Assembly (NCBI GenBank): GCA_002403335.1
Contig: DHHO01000002.1
Coordinates: 71,540 to 125,469, forward strand
Direction: 5' to 3'
DNA: 53,930 nt
Origin: Caldiserica bacterium UBA4770
GTDB taxonomy: Bacteria; Caldisericota; Caldisericia; Caldisericales; Caldisericaceae
Shown here: one piece after another, positions 1 to 9,043 of the stretch
How positions within the stretch are numbered: position 1 is the stretch's first letter
How the letters are laid out: the number at the start of each line of letters is the position of its first letter
Position numbers and translations under genes: made by a program
Notes under the pieces: model-generated
Database searches by the model: none
What the model was told of the DNA's origin: nothing
The model's input: the letters and a program-made list of their open reading frames with translations, nothing else

Positions 1-76
1 GATTGGGAGCAATGGTCTCATGGGAGGGGGAAGAGAGAGTAGTAAACATTTACAGGTTTATAAGGCTTGATTAGCC

Positions 77-1702
77 TTAATCAGCTGTGATGACCTTTCT
101 TGCTTCTGAAGTTTTTGCTAAATAAAGAGCATCATCGACCCTTTTGAAAAAGACCTCAGAATTTTCTCCTCTATACTCAGCAATGCCAATTGATACGCTT
201 ATGCGTACTTTCTCATCGAATCTGGCATTTTTTACGAGTTTTGCAATTCTGTTGCTGATCACTCTGGCTTCTCTTACCTTTGTTTCAGGCAGAATTACCA
301 TAAATTCGTCTCCTCCGATTCTGCATGGAACATCAATGCTTCTTACTGACTTTAAGATAATATCTGCAAATTCCTTTAATAATCTATCCCCTTCAAGATG
401 TCCATATGTATCATTCCACTTTTTGAAGTTATCAAGATCCAGCTCAATTATACTGAGGGGATGGCTATATCTCTTTGCTCTTTCTATTTCTCCGCTCAGA
501 CGTTTCTCAAGCTCTCTTCTGTTATAAAGACCGGTAAGAGGATCTGTTATTGAGAAAACGTTGTATTGTTCAAGTAGTACGTTTTTCTCAACTATACCGC
601 TCAGAATGGGCACAAGAGATTGTGCAAATTGTACATCTTCTTCGTCGAATTGAGAAGGTTTATACCCATCGATATTGAGAACTGAAATAACCTGCCCGTA
701 AAGAATTATAGGGATGCCTATATAGGAGAATGGGTAATCTCTTATGGTGATCCATTCAGAGCTTTTAACTACATCTTTAAAGTATAATACCTCTTTATTT
801 TCTTTTATTACCCTGAGGTTCCCACCGAAGTTTACGTCCTTTATCTTTTCACTTACTACACTTAAGACGTCGCCTGCCACATTTTTAACTGCTATAAACT
901 TCCACTGTGATTGTTGCCCAGAGACATCAATGATGGATGTAGAACGTGCATCGAAGATGTCTGAAACAACCTCTACGATCTTCCAGTAAGTTTGTTCAAG
1001 TGTCCACTGATCTCCAACAGATACAATTAATTTGCTGATCGACTTGTACCTTTCAATCTTGTTTATCTGTGCCGCTATATCCTTCTCAAGTGCGTCTACC
1101 CTTCTTGCATTTTCGAGAAGTGGGATTACTAATTTGGCATACTTATCGAGTTCTTGCATCTTACGATCCGAAATTTTATCAAAGAATGCAATGTAGAGGA
1201 CTGAATCAGGAAGAGCAAAGCTCTTCAATGTAATTTCTCCAGATTTTTTATCTATACATTCAATAAAATATCTTCTATCATTCTCATCGCTATCAGTCAG
1301 GACATTATACTTATAATCATTATCGATCTTTAAAAAGACGCCTGCTCTGGATAAAGGAACAATCCTTAGCATGCCGTCAAAAAATTCCCTTAATTTTTCG
1401 TAAAATCCGTTTGCTTTGAGTATTCTCTTCATTGCTTCATTGGTCACTTCAACTTGCTTTGAGACGTTATTTACCTCACTCATTTTTCTTTCACTTTTGT
1501 ATATAAGATATATGCTGAAGGTAAGGGCAATAATCAGGAGATGAACAAATACGTAATAGATAGTTGAGGAAGGTGTATGCAATCTTTCAAAAAATGGAGA
1601 TCCAAAATAACCGAAGTCAGAAAGATAAAAGCAAATATAAATGAGCAGCCCACTAATAACTGCCACTGATATAAAATGTAAAGCCCTGCTTAACTTTTTC
1701 AT
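77..1702 (-). CDS. Membrane-anchored GAF-GGDEF diguanylate cyclase
   Basis: 541-aa ORF with N-terminal TM helices, a central GAF-like region and a C-terminal GGDEF domain (motif RIGGDEFMVIL, preceded by PLTGLYNRR). Confidence 0.85.
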   Translation of the reverse strand: MKKLSRALHFISVAVISGLLIYICFYLSDFGYFGSPFFERLHTPSSTIYYVFVHLLIIALTFSIYLIYKSERKMSEVNNVSKQVEVTNEAMKRILKANGFYEKLREFFDGMLRIVPLSRAGVFLKIDNDYKYNVLTDSDENDRRYFIECIDKKSGEITLKSFALPDSVLYIAFFDKISDRKMQELDKYAKLVIPLLENARRVDALEKDIAAQINKIERYKSISKLIVSVGDQWTLEQTYWKIVEVVSDIFDARSTSIIDVSGQQSQWKFIAVKNVAGDVLSVVSEKIKDVNFGGNLRVIKENKEVLYFKDVVKSSEWITIRDYPFSYIGIPIILYGQVISVLNIDGYKPSQFDEEDVQFAQSLVPILSGIVEKNVLLEQYNVFSITDPLTGLYNRRELEKRLSGEIERAKRYSHPLSIIELDLDNFKKWNDTYGHLEGDRLLKEFADIILKSVRSIDVPCRIGGDEFMVILPETKVREARVISNRIAKLVKNARFDEKVRISVSIGIAEYRGENSEVFFKRVDDALYLAKTSEARKVITAD

Positions 1703-2739
1703 ATATTAAATCTGAAGTGTAAAACCTCATTTTCACCAATAATATAATCTTCTCCTTCAATTTTCAAAAGACCCTTTGCTTTTGCCTCCTTTAAAGAGAA
1801 TCCAACACTCTTCAACTCTTCGAAAGATATAACCTCTGCAGCAATGAACCCCTTTTCAATATCTGAATGGATGATTGAGGCAGCAGTCCTTGCGTTTGCT
1901 CCACGCTCAAGAAGCCAGGCCCTTACCTCGTCTCCTCCGACTGTGTAGAAGGTATGATAATTTAGAAGTTCCATAGAAGCTCTAATTACCTCAGGGAGAG
2001 CTGGTTCTTCGAGTCCGTAAGATTGCAAAAATTCTGAACGTTCTGGCTCCCCGAGCTCTGAAAGTTCTTTTTCAAGTTCTACTGGCATCACAATCACAAG
2101 GTTAGCTCTATTTTTGAGTTTACCTGAAAGATTTTCCTTGATCTCGTTTTTTCTTGAAAGGTCGGTATCTCTGATATTAATAAGGTAAAGAATAGGTTTG
2201 ATTGTAAAGAATTCAAAAGATCTTATAATAGCCCTTTCTTCACGACTTAGTTCTATGGTGCGCAAAGGAAGACTATTATTTAAAGTATCAAGGAATTTCT
2301 CAAGTAATCTTTTCTCCTTCTCCTTTTGAAAATCAAGCTTCTCTTTTGAAAGCCTTTCAATCCTTCTTTCTATCACATCCATATCTAAAATAATGAGGTC
2401 TGAATCAAAGTTGTAGATTTTTTCCTCTATAGTTCCTCCAGAAAATCCGTCGACGACCTCTATAAGGGCATCCACGTTTTTTATGTTTGTAAAAACTTCG
2501 CTTCTTCTCTTTGAATTTTCTATACCTACAGGAACACCAGGAATATCTACAAATGTAATTTCTGCAAATGTTGTCTTTTTTGGTTTGAAATAGTCTGATA
2601 GTTCCTGAATGTTTTTATCAAATACCTTGACGCTCCCGAGGTTTGGTTTATCAAATAAAACAGGGAAATTACTCCCTATAAGAGCCTGAAAGAGCGTTGT
2701 CTTTCCTGAAGAAGGTAAACCAACAATTCCTACTTTCAT
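1699..2739 (-). CDS. ychF: Ribosome-binding ATPase YchF (Obg-family GTPase/ATPase)
   Basis: N-terminal P-loop MKVGIVGLPSSGKTTLFQALIG and a C-terminal TGS-like tail ...EVLHFRFNI; 4-nt overlap with the downstream gene. Confidence 0.88.
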   Translation of the reverse strand: MKVGIVGLPSSGKTTLFQALIGSNFPVLFDKPNLGSVKVFDKNIQELSDYFKPKKTTFAEITFVDIPGVPVGIENSKRRSEVFTNIKNVDALIEVVDGFSGGTIEEKIYNFDSDLIILDMDVIERRIERLSKEKLDFQKEKEKRLLEKFLDTLNNSLPLRTIELSREERAIIRSFEFFTIKPILYLINIRDTDLSRKNEIKENLSGKLKNRANLVIVMPVELEKELSELGEPERSEFLQSYGLEEPALPEVIRASMELLNYHTFYTVGGDEVRAWLLERGANARTAASIIHSDIEKGFIAAEVISFEELKSVGFSLKEAKAKGLLKIEGEDYIIGENEVLHFRFNI

Positions 2740-2764
2740 TAAACCCCCTTTTATAAATTAAAAA

Positions 2765-2839
2765 TGGTAGCGTAGCAGGGAGTTGAACCCTGGTCTGGGG
2801 ATTGAGAGCCCCCCGAACTAACCGTTGTTCTACTACGCC
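2765..2839 (-). tRNA. tRNA-Glu (anticodon CUC)
   Basis: Manual fold of the minus strand: acceptor GGCGTAG/CTACGCT (G1-U72 wobble), D-stem GAAC/GTTC, anticodon stem GGGGG/TCCCC with loop CTCTCAA (34-36 = CTC), T-arm CAGGG-TTCAACT-CCCTG, encoded ACCA 3' end. Confidence 0.7.
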
Positions 2840-3025
2840 CTGTAAAAATTATACGATTTTTCTGAAAATCTTCAAGAGGATGTACGGGTTGTATTAATAC
2901 GTCTGGCTAAAACAAGTGATAGGTAGGTTACCTTAAGTAGTTTAGTGTCTTACAATCTTATGATAAAGTGTTTCAAAAATTTTCAAATTCTTCACTTGTA
3001 TAGTAAAATAAGATAGGAGGAAAAT

Positions 3026-3781
3026 ATGAAGATATATTTAATTCCCATAGGTTTAGTTGTCATCGTTATTTTTGCACTGAGTATCAGGATCGTGCAGGAG
3101 TGGGAGAGGGGGGTCATCTTTTTACTTGGGAGATACAGGAGGGAACTTAAGCCGGGGTTTAACTTATTAATACCTTTTTTTGAATATGCTCGGTATGTAG
3201 ATGTGCGTACTCGCACAATGGATGTTGTTCCACAGGAAGTTATGACCAAAGATTCTGTTCCTGTTCAAATTGACGCAGTGGTTTATTACAGGGTGTTTGA
3301 TGCGATGAAGTCGATTGTTCAGGTTGAAAATTTTGTTTCAGCTTCAACGCTTCTTGCGCAATCAAAATTAAGAGACGTTGTGGGAAAGTATGACCTTGAT
3401 ACTCTTCTTGCAAGTAAAGATCAAATAGGAAAAGAAATCCTCGAAGCCCTGCAGGGACCAACAGATGACTGGGGCATAACCATTGTAAGTGTTGAGATTA
3501 AGAACATAGAACTTCCTGATAATATGAAACGAGCAATGGCAAAAGAAGCTGAGGCAATAAGGGAGAAGAGGGCTCGTCAAATTAAAGCATCTGCAGAAGA
3601 GGATGCAAGCAAGGCCTTCCTTGCAGCAGCAAAGACAATAGAAGGTGCGCCCGAGGCAATGCTTTTGAGGCAGCTCCAAACGTGGCAGGAAATTGGTGCA
3701 GAACAAAACAGCCTGATTATCCTTGTCCCAACTGAGTTTGCAAAGTTACTCAGCAGTGTTCAACCTAAAAAGGAGAAGTAG
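3026..3781 (+). CDS. SPFH/band-7 (stomatin-like) membrane protein
   Basis: N-terminal TM helix followed by an SPFH core (VPVQIDAVVYYRV...; coiled-coil AMAKEAEAIREKRARQIKASAEED); good RBS GGAGG upstream. Confidence 0.85.
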   Translation: MKIYLIPIGLVVIVIFALSIRIVQEWERGVIFLLGRYRRELKPGFNLLIPFFEYARYVDVRTRTMDVVPQEVMTKDSVPVQIDAVVYYRVFDAMKSIVQVENFVSASTLLAQSKLRDVVGKYDLDTLLASKDQIGKEILEALQGPTDDWGITIVSVEIKNIELPDNMKRAMAKEAEAIREKRARQIKASAEEDASKAFLAAAKTIEGAPEAMLLRQLQTWQEIGAEQNSLIILVPTEFAKLLSSVQPKKEK

Positions 3782-4108
3782 AAAAGCACTTTAATTAGTA
3801 AGTTGTAATGGAAGGATCTTTACATGTAATTTTTTATGAGTTTAATTTTGTCGTTAAACTTACTTGTACGTTCGTCCTCATGCTTTTTATGATTCAGGGT
3901 ATTTGATTCAATAATTATCATCGTACCAAGAGAGCATTAAAAACTCTTTAATAGTTTTATGATGCTTCCACTGCACTCCCCCTTAATAAATCATATTTAT
4001 GTCTTCAAGAATTTTAAAGCTTACCGTTAGGTTCAGACCTCAAGAGGAAAAGAGCAATTCTTATATGTCTGGACTCATCTATTTAGAAGATATTAAATAT
4101 ATTTATCC

Positions 4109-4182
4109 TGGCTGGGAAGGATGGACTCGAACCATCATTAGAGGATCCAGAGTCCCCTGTCCTACCATTAGACGACTTCCCA
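4109..4182 (-). tRNA. tRNA-Gln (anticodon CUG)
   Basis: Manual fold: U1-A72 acceptor pair typical of bacterial tRNA-Gln (TGGGAAG/CTTCCCA), D-loop AATGGTA, anticodon loop CTCTGGA (CTG), T-arm GATGG-TTCGAGT-CCATC, discriminator G then CCA. The 66-aa ORF 3999..4199 on the other strand is an artefact over this gene. Confidence 0.8.
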
Positions 4183-4223
4183 GAGCGTGTTTATTATAAT
4201 CAAACTAAGAAAGAGTTCCAATA

Positions 4224-4454
4224 TTATTTCTCTTCTTCTATATTAATCCCTTTTCCTGCTATAAACTCTCTTCCCTTAGATTTTGTTTCCTCAACAACCT
4301 CCCTTGTTTTCTCGCTAATTTCCTTACCCTTTTCCTTCAGGATCTCTCTTGTTTCATAGCCAGGTCTCGGTGCAAAAAGAATCCCTATTGTAAGGCCTAC
4401 CATTACTCCAAAAAATGCTCCTCTTAAAAATGATTCTGTCCTATCCTCTGACAT
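4224..4454 (-). CDS. YtxH-like small general-stress membrane protein
   Basis: Probable start at the internal Met (MSEDRTESFLRGAFFGVMVGLTIGILFAPRPG...): one TM helix plus a charged EK-rich tail. The track ORF extends into the upstream gene. Confidence 0.5.
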   Translation of the reverse strand: MSEDRTESFLRGAFFGVMVGLTIGILFAPRPGYETREILKEKGKEISEKTREVVEETKSKGREFIAGKGINIEEEK

Positions 4455-4890
4455 TTTTCTTTCCTCCCTTTGCAAAGTTTTTTCTGTATATTGAATAACC
4501 CTCATACACACCCGTAGCAAACCTTCCCATATTGAGAAGATGCCTTAATGAACTTGTACTTTTGGTATTCTTTTTATCGTTGGATTCTTTTCTGAAGAGG
4601 TAAAAGATTCCCACTATTGGTACTATGAAGGCTCCAATAGTGAGTGCTGTGTTCATTTTATTTACTGTTTTCTTAACCCCGTCCGTAATTTCCGACGAAT
4701 TTTTCATAGTTTTTTCAAGGTCACTGCCAACTGTATCGACCTTTTCCCTTAAAGACTTTACAAGATTTTGAGACTCCTCAAGCACACCTCTTATCTCTTT
4801 TCTAAGGTTTAACAAAATAAAGATAAGAAAGATTAACCCAGCAGTGACTTCTATAACAAGAATCCATATAGCAATAACAAGCGCCTGCAT
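4441..4890 (-). CDS. YtxG/DUF948-like membrane protein
   Basis: N-terminal TM helix, coiled-coil middle, second TM; strong RBS AGGAGG 5 nt upstream of the ATG. Confidence 0.5.
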   Translation of the reverse strand: MQALVIAIWILVIEVTAGLIFLIFILLNLRKEIRGVLEESQNLVKSLREKVDTVGSDLEKTMKNSSEITDGVKKTVNKMNTALTIGAFIVPIVGIFYLFRKESNDKKNTKSTSSLRHLLNMGRFATGVYEGYSIYRKNFAKGGKKNVRG

Positions 4891-4892
4891 TG

Positions 4893-5040
4893 GTCCTCCT
4901 AATAAAATCCCCGCCTGAGCCGCGGCTTAGCAGATTTCTGGAGTCCCAACGGACAGGTGGGAATTTAAGCACTCTTTTAGGAAGCCCGAAGGCTTCTCTT
5001 AATAATGCGTCCGTCCCCAAACATAGTGTGTTGGCCCAAA
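4893..5040 (-). promoter_or_regulatory. Structured 5' leader of the ytxG-like gene (candidate attenuator or riboswitch-like element)
   Basis: On the minus strand: long-range helix GGACGGAC...GUCCGUUGG enclosing a GAAGCCUUCGGGCUUC tetraloop hairpin, then a GC-rich palindromic hairpin CUAAGCCGCGGCUCAG followed by GCGGGGAUUUUAUU directly before the RBS. Confidence 0.25.
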
Positions 5041-5245
5041 TCTACTAAGTTTAACACGAACTCCGCAGGGTCTACTACATTTTAACATTTTTTGAATAAA
5101 TTCCAAAGGGTTTAATAAAGTACCCGAATATTTATAGAACACTGGTTCCTTTCGTATTATTAAAAATATCACGCAAGATTTTGAGATATTTATATGGATT
5201 TCAAAAGAGGTGAGGGTTTAAAATGATATGGAAAATCTAAAAAAT

Positions 5246-6571
5246 CTACTTAAATGCTTCTGAATCTGCCTTTTCAACAAATCTTGTAAACTCATTAAAG
5301 AATAAAAGCTTTGTCGAACTTCGTGGTCCGTTTCTCTGCTTCGCCACATATAATTCAACTTCATTACTTCTATTTTCGTCCGGTACATGAAGGAAGATAA
5401 CAACATCGGCATCCTGTTCAATCGACCCTGATTCTCTGAGATCTGATAGAATTGGCCTTTTGTCGTCCCTTCTATCAACTGCTCTGCTGAGCTGAGAAAG
5501 GACTATCACAGGTATGTCTAACTCTCTTGCAAGATTTTTAAGACCCCTTGTAATCTGCGATATTTCTATAACCCTATTCTCGGCCCTTTCAGTATGTACG
5601 AGCTGAAGGTAATCTACGATCACAAGGTCAATATTTGCCTCTATCTTAAGCCTTCTTGCCTTTGTTCTCAAATCTATTAAAGCAGCATCCGGGCTGTCAT
5701 CTATATAAATCGGAGCTTCATAAAGATCACCATAAGCCTCTGTAAGCATTGTCCAATCTTCCTCGCGAAGAAAACCTGTCCTCATTCTTTGCATATCTAC
5801 CTTTGCAAGAGAACAGAGCATTCTTTCAACAAGTTGCTCTTTAGACATCTCAAGGCTGAAAAATCCAACTCCCTTTCTCTCTTTTATGGCAACGTGCTCT
5901 GCGACATTTACTGCAAGAGAGGTCTTGCCAAGGCTTGGGCGGGCCGCTATAATTACGAGGTCTGAACGTTGGAAGCCCCCCGTAATCTTATCAAGTGAGG
6001 GAAAGCCTGAGGGAAGCCCTGATAAACCCAGCTTTAGTTTATATCTTTTTTCAATTTCAGAGAAACTGTGCCCAAGGAAATCCTTTACCTGGACAAAATA
6101 TGCCTTTGATTTTTTCTGAGCAATTGAAAAGATTTTCTGCTCTGCAATATCAAGAAGATCATCAATGTCTTTAGACTCGTTGAAGCCAAGGTCAGAAATC
6201 TCTGCACCTGCCTGAATCAAATCTCTCATAAGGGCTTTTGTTCTAACAACTTTTGCATAATACTCGGCATTTACCGCATTAGGTACGGAGTCTGCGAGTC
6301 TGGCAAGATATGTTATACCACCAATGTTTTCGAGCTTACCAATTCTTTTAAGCTCTTCTGAAACAGTTACAATATCAACAGGTTTTTCAGAAAGGGCCAG
6401 CCTCAGTATTGCTTCCATTATTCCTTGGTGCTCCTCTCTATAAAAATCACTGGGTCTGATTTCTTCCATAATTTTGTATACAGCTTCTCTATCTATAAGG
6501 AGTGCACCAAGGACAGACTGTTCAGCCTCTATGTTATAAGGTGGGACTCTCAATTTATCTACTTCAGCCAT
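5246..6571 (-). CDS. dnaB: Replicative DNA helicase DnaB
   Basis: 441 aa; N-terminal PPYNIEAEQSVLGALLID, Walker A GARPSLGKTSLA, RecA-like C-terminal domain; sits in the conserved rpsF-ssb-rpsR-rplI-dnaB context. Confidence 0.95.
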   Translation of the reverse strand: MAEVDKLRVPPYNIEAEQSVLGALLIDREAVYKIMEEIRPSDFYREEHQGIMEAILRLALSEKPVDIVTVSEELKRIGKLENIGGITYLARLADSVPNAVNAEYYAKVVRTKALMRDLIQAGAEISDLGFNESKDIDDLLDIAEQKIFSIAQKKSKAYFVQVKDFLGHSFSEIEKRYKLKLGLSGLPSGFPSLDKITGGFQRSDLVIIAARPSLGKTSLAVNVAEHVAIKERKGVGFFSLEMSKEQLVERMLCSLAKVDMQRMRTGFLREEDWTMLTEAYGDLYEAPIYIDDSPDAALIDLRTKARRLKIEANIDLVIVDYLQLVHTERAENRVIEISQITRGLKNLARELDIPVIVLSQLSRAVDRRDDKRPILSDLRESGSIEQDADVVIFLHVPDENRSNEVELYVAKQRNGPRSSTKLLFFNEFTRFVEKADSEAFK

Positions 6572-6577
6572 AGAATG

Positions 6578-7021
6578 TCACTCTTTCTCAACCCTTATAT
6601 TTAAAATTGCCTCAATTTCCTTATAGAGTTTAACAGGAATAAAATAATCCCCCACCTTTTTTAGAGGGGAATCAAGCTTGATTTTTTTCTTATCGATATC
6701 CAGGCCAAAAACCCTTTTTAGCATCTGTGATATGTCCTGAGAAGTAATTGAACCGAAAAGCTTATCTCCTTCTCCTGCTTTCAATTTAAAAGCAAGGACC
6801 TTCGACTCAAGCAATTCTTTCTCTTTTAATGCATTGTTCTTTTTTTGTTCTTCAATACTCTTTTCGAACTTAAGTGTAGAATCTGCTGTATCTTCATCAA
6901 CAAGCTTTGCGAATCCCTTTGGTATAAGATAATTCAGAGCATAGCCTCTTGATACAGAAACTATGCTCTTTTCCTTTCCAAGTCCTTCAACAGTAGTAGT
7001 CAAGACAACTTTAACCTTCAT
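6578..7021 (-). CDS. rplI: 50S ribosomal protein L9
   Basis: [38 protein letters not shown] is a classical L9 N-terminus; 147 aa. Confidence 0.92.
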   Translation of the reverse strand: MKVKVVLTTTVEGLGKEKSIVSVSRGYALNYLIPKGFAKLVDEDTADSTLKFEKSIEEQKKNNALKEKELLESKVLAFKLKAGEGDKLFGSITSQDISQMLKRVFGLDIDKKKIKLDSPLKKVGDYFIPVKLYKEIEAILNIRVEKE

Positions 7022-7266
7022 CTCCTTACAAATGGCAGAAGTGCCATTTCTCTTGCCCTTTTAATTGCCACTGCAAGCTGTCTCTGATGCTTTGCACAAA
7101 GACCGGTATTTCTTCTGGGTAAAATTTTTCCCTTATCACTTACATATCTTGAAATCTTTGCAAGATCTTTGTAATCAATTGATTCATCTCTTGCACAAAA
7201 GGGACATGTTCTCTTGCGAGGTTTATAATAACCAGCTTTCTTTGGTGTTCTTTTTTGACTATCCAT
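7018..7266 (-). CDS. rpsR: 30S ribosomal protein S18
   Basis: [59 protein letters not shown] matches the S18 signature. Confidence 0.92.
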   Translation of the reverse strand: MDSQKRTPKKAGYYKPRKRTCPFCARDESIDYKDLAKISRYVSDKGKILPRRNTGLCAKHQRQLAVAIKRAREMALLPFVRR

Positions 7267-7276
7267 TTACATCTCC

Positions 7277-7672
7277 TTATGAAAAAGGCACATTTGGCTC
7301 GGATTCGTCTTCAGGTATCTCTTCTACTTCGGTCTCTTTGACGACAGGAGCAAATGCCTTCAGATCATTTGCAATAACCTCTGTCATCCATTTCTTTACA
7401 CCATCAACTTCATAATCTCTTATTCTGAGCCTTCCTTCAACCATTACGCTCTGGCCTTTCTTAAATGTTTTCTCCACTTTTTCGGCAAGTCTGTTCCATG
7501 CAATAATGGTAATAAAGAAGGTTTCTTCCTGCCACTGCTCCGAACCTTTTGCCTTGTAATTTCTGTTAACAGCAATCCTGAATTGAGCAACTTCACTCCC
7601 TGACGGAGTGTACTTTATTTCAGGGTCTGCAACAAGTCGACCAGTTAAAAATATCCTGTTTATGTCAGACAT
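7277..7672 (-). CDS. ssb: Single-stranded DNA-binding protein
   Basis: MSDINRIFLTGRLVADPEIKYTPSGSEVAQFRIAVNR OB-fold N-terminus; acidic C-terminal tail ending PF. Confidence 0.9.
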   Translation of the reverse strand: MSDINRIFLTGRLVADPEIKYTPSGSEVAQFRIAVNRNYKAKGSEQWQEETFFITIIAWNRLAEKVEKTFKKGQSVMVEGRLRIRDYEVDGVKKWMTEVIANDLKAFAPVVKETEVEEIPEDESEPNVPFS

Positions 7673-7997
7673 TGCTTTCAACTCCTCCCTTCTGCTCCTC
7701 TTGAGCGGGCTTCTTCTCCTTTTTAAGAATCATTGCCCTCAAAAACCCCTCGTTAACCTTTATAAAATACTTCAGGTCTTTTACTACATGCTCTGGAATT
7801 TCTACATAAGAGAGCACATAATAGCCTTTTTCCTCTTTCTTGATGAGGTATGCCAGGCTTCTTAAACCCCACCTGTCCTCTTTTTCAATAACTCCACCAT
7901 TTTTTTCAATAAAATCCCTGAGTTTTAAGATAACATTCTCACGTTCCTCATCTGATAGAGAGGAAGAGACAATGTAAAGCATTTCATAGTAAGCCAT
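7665..7997 (-). CDS. rpsF: 30S ribosomal protein S6
   Basis: MAYYEMLYIVSSSLSDEERENV... is typical S6; RBS AAGGAGG upstream. Confidence 0.9.
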   Translation of the reverse strand: MAYYEMLYIVSSSLSDEERENVILKLRDFIEKNGGVIEKEDRWGLRSLAYLIKKEEKGYYVLSYVEIPEHVVKDLKYFIKVNEGFLRAMILKKEKKPAQEEQKGGVESNV

Positions 7998-8057
7998 TTA
8001 ACCTCCTTGTGGTCTATGCCCTGTATCTTTAGATACAGGAAAGAATAAATACAAATA

Positions 8058-8085
8058 ATTATACAGAAGTACTGAAATTAATCAA
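8058..8085 (-). promoter_or_regulatory. Putative sigma-70-type promoter of the rpsF operon, with leader hairpin
   Basis: Minus strand TTGATT-16 nt-TATAAT; downstream leader contains a perfect 8-bp hairpin CCTGTATC-tuua-GATACAGG (8018..8040) just before the rpsF RBS. Confidence 0.3.
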
Positions 8086-8170
8086 GTTTGCGAAGAAAAC
8101 CTTTTTCAGAATAAAGAATATTCTTTTCTAAAGATTGGTCTTACATTAATTCTAAAACTTGAAAAACCAA

Positions 8171-9043
8171 TCAGTTATGTGTCTTATCAGAAGCAGCAAC
8201 CTTTTCCTTTTCGGCGACCTTTTCTTCGCTTTTAGGCTTAGCCTTTACCAGGGTCTCCTTCTTCAGGATGGCTCTTCTTAAGAGAAGTGAATCAACAAAT
8301 TGCCTTGAACTTCTTGCAACAAGAAGAGTTGAAAGAGAAAAAAGGATAGAATAGGTAATGGCAACGAAATAAAATTGCCTTCCCTCCTCAAATGATTGGA
8401 CAATCTGGAAATTGCTTGTTATGAGATTTGACAAGAGGAAATAGATAAAGGGAGCAAAGATACCTATAAAGAACCCTGATATTTCATTGAGGGAGCAGAC
8501 GGAACATAAAAGAGCAATACATGAAAGGATAAAGAAACTGTTTACAGGAATGGAGGAAAAGAATAGTCTCTGATCAAGCAGCGTGAATATGGATGAAAGT
8601 ACAATTGAAAGAAGGAATACAACAATTGGAAAAGCGACATCTCCTTGAAGCCTTACCTCCTTAATTTTTTCTCTGTATCTATCGTTGATTCTTGAAGAAA
8701 AGTACAGAAAGATTGCCTCTGTCAGTGTAAAGACAATGATTATTCCGGTAGTTAAAAGTCTTTCTACTGTGAGAAGTGAAGCAATATCCTTGTATCCAAA
8801 AACAATCTTCACTATGTTGTAGGAGAGAAGATATGTGAGAAATGATGCAATGCTTAATGTGATATTATGGGATAGCGTTACGAAAAGAGTGGTAAGAAAA
8901 ATAGAAATCAGAAAGAAAAGGATTGATGAATCATAAAGGGACATCAGTGGTATATAAAAGTTTGAATTAATTTCCTCAAGCCATCCAAATAATATACCTG
9001 TGATGATACAAAGGGAGATTATAGTGATTGCTTTCTTCTTCAT
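8171..9043 (-). CDS. Polytopic integral membrane protein of unknown function
   Basis: 290 aa with about 8 predicted TM helices; 4-nt overlap (co-transcription) with the upstream M18 aminopeptidase gene. Confidence 0.6.
   Translation of the reverse strand: MKKKAITIISLCIITGILFGWLEEINSNFYIPLMSLYDSSILFFLISIFLTTLFVTLSHNITLSIASFLTYLLSYNIVKIVFGYKDIASLLTVERLLTTGIIIVFTLTEAIFLYFSSRINDRYREKIKEVRLQGDVAFPIVVFLLSIVLSSIFTLLDQRLFFSSIPVNSFFILSCIALLCSVCSLNEISGFFIGIFAPFIYFLLSNLITSNFQIVQSFEEGRQFYFVAITYSILFSLSTLLVARSSRQFVDSLLLRRAILKKETLVKAKPKSEEKVAEKEKVAASDKTHN

Noticed and set aside
60-76. Hairpin AAGGCT-tgatt-AGCCTT downstream of the GGDEF gene
   Set aside because: Short stem with no U-tract and too close to the window edge to judge; not called as a terminator.
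144-527. Antisense ORFs inside larger genes (e.g. 144-527, 744-989, 5886-6119, 7065-7415, 9182-9400, 16577-16888, 18108-18314, 23326-23842, 28401-28778, 31527-32465, 35693-36082, 39429-39790, 45118-45369, 46034-46731, 46951-47307)
   Set aside because: All are embedded in, and opposite to, well-supported genes with clear domain signatures; they lack RBSs and have low-complexity or atypical composition.
3999-4199. 66-aa plus-strand ORF
   Set aside because: Lies entirely over the minus-strand tRNA-Gln gene and its flanks; an artefact of the ORF track.
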